Source: Harriotta raleighana (Eukaryota). Taken from it: a DNA stretch of 64,000 nucleotides. The position numbers were made by a program, and so were the translations under genes. How positions within the stretch are numbered: the stretch's first letter is position 1; every line of letters starts with the position of its first letter. Under the pieces are notes generated by a model. That model was given only the letters and a program-made list of their open reading frames with translations. It ran no database searches and was not told where the DNA came from. The stretch is taken from positions 1,289,925-1,353,924 of the forward strand of contig JBNZDD010013631.1 of the NCBI GenBank assembly GCA_050575255.1, given 5' to 3'. Below are positions 63,506 through 64,000 of this stretch, in pieces.

Positions 63506-64000
63506 TAAAGAAGCAATTTTTGGCAATGATATATTATAAGCAGGGTGGGTTATTAACCATTTGCAAAGAAATGTCTGCGGTAAAGGAAACTACACATGAC
63601 TCTCGAACAATTTGATGATGAGAAGAAAAAGAAGAATAACAATAATCTTTGCATTTGATGTAGCTCCTTTGAAAGGTTGGGAAGACATGTCAAAGCGCTT
63701 CACAAATTTTACTGTAAAAAGTGTAATGACAGTTTATTTCAGAGACGAACACAATTAGCAGGCAGATTAAAAATATTTTAGGTGATTCTTTATTCCTTTA
63801 TATTGAGCCACAGTTGTACATGACACTGGTAAATCTCTCTAAATATACCCATTAGCTGGCAATTACATCCAACATGTCATCTTTGCACATGGGTTGTTAA
63901 CCCAATTTGCAAATTAGACCACGACGGTTCCAAAGGCAGTGTTTCTCTGCAGAATAAAATATTTATGTTGACATGGGACCCGAGTATTTCAGTTCTGCTG

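Overview
Eukaryotic, AT-rich, apparently non-coding vertebrate DNA (a large intron or intergenic region). The repeat content is dense tRNA-headed SINEs with Meta-like and Deu-like bodies, L2 and CR1 LINE fragments, and Penelope-like fragments. This mix points to a cartilaginous fish, probably a holocephalan; that is an inference from remembered consensus motifs, not a database result. I recognise no host protein-coding gene, rRNA, true tRNA, CRISPR or prokaryotic system. The supplied ORFs are translations of SINE/LINE relics or chance frames. Most notable: (1) three copies of a ~130-140 bp Penelope-like element with a minimal hammerhead-ribozyme core, two nested in SINEs with clear target-site duplications; (2) an ~85 bp inverted repeat pair 2.5 kb apart that I see nowhere else in the window; (3) four MEF2 sites in 285 bp, ~700 bp upstream of an RFX/NF-Y/USF promoter-like patch; (4) several hairpins and MITE-like palindromes; (5) a few unconfirmed exon-like segments; (6) false duplications around single-N assembly joins. 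Repeat boundaries were read by eye and are approximate.
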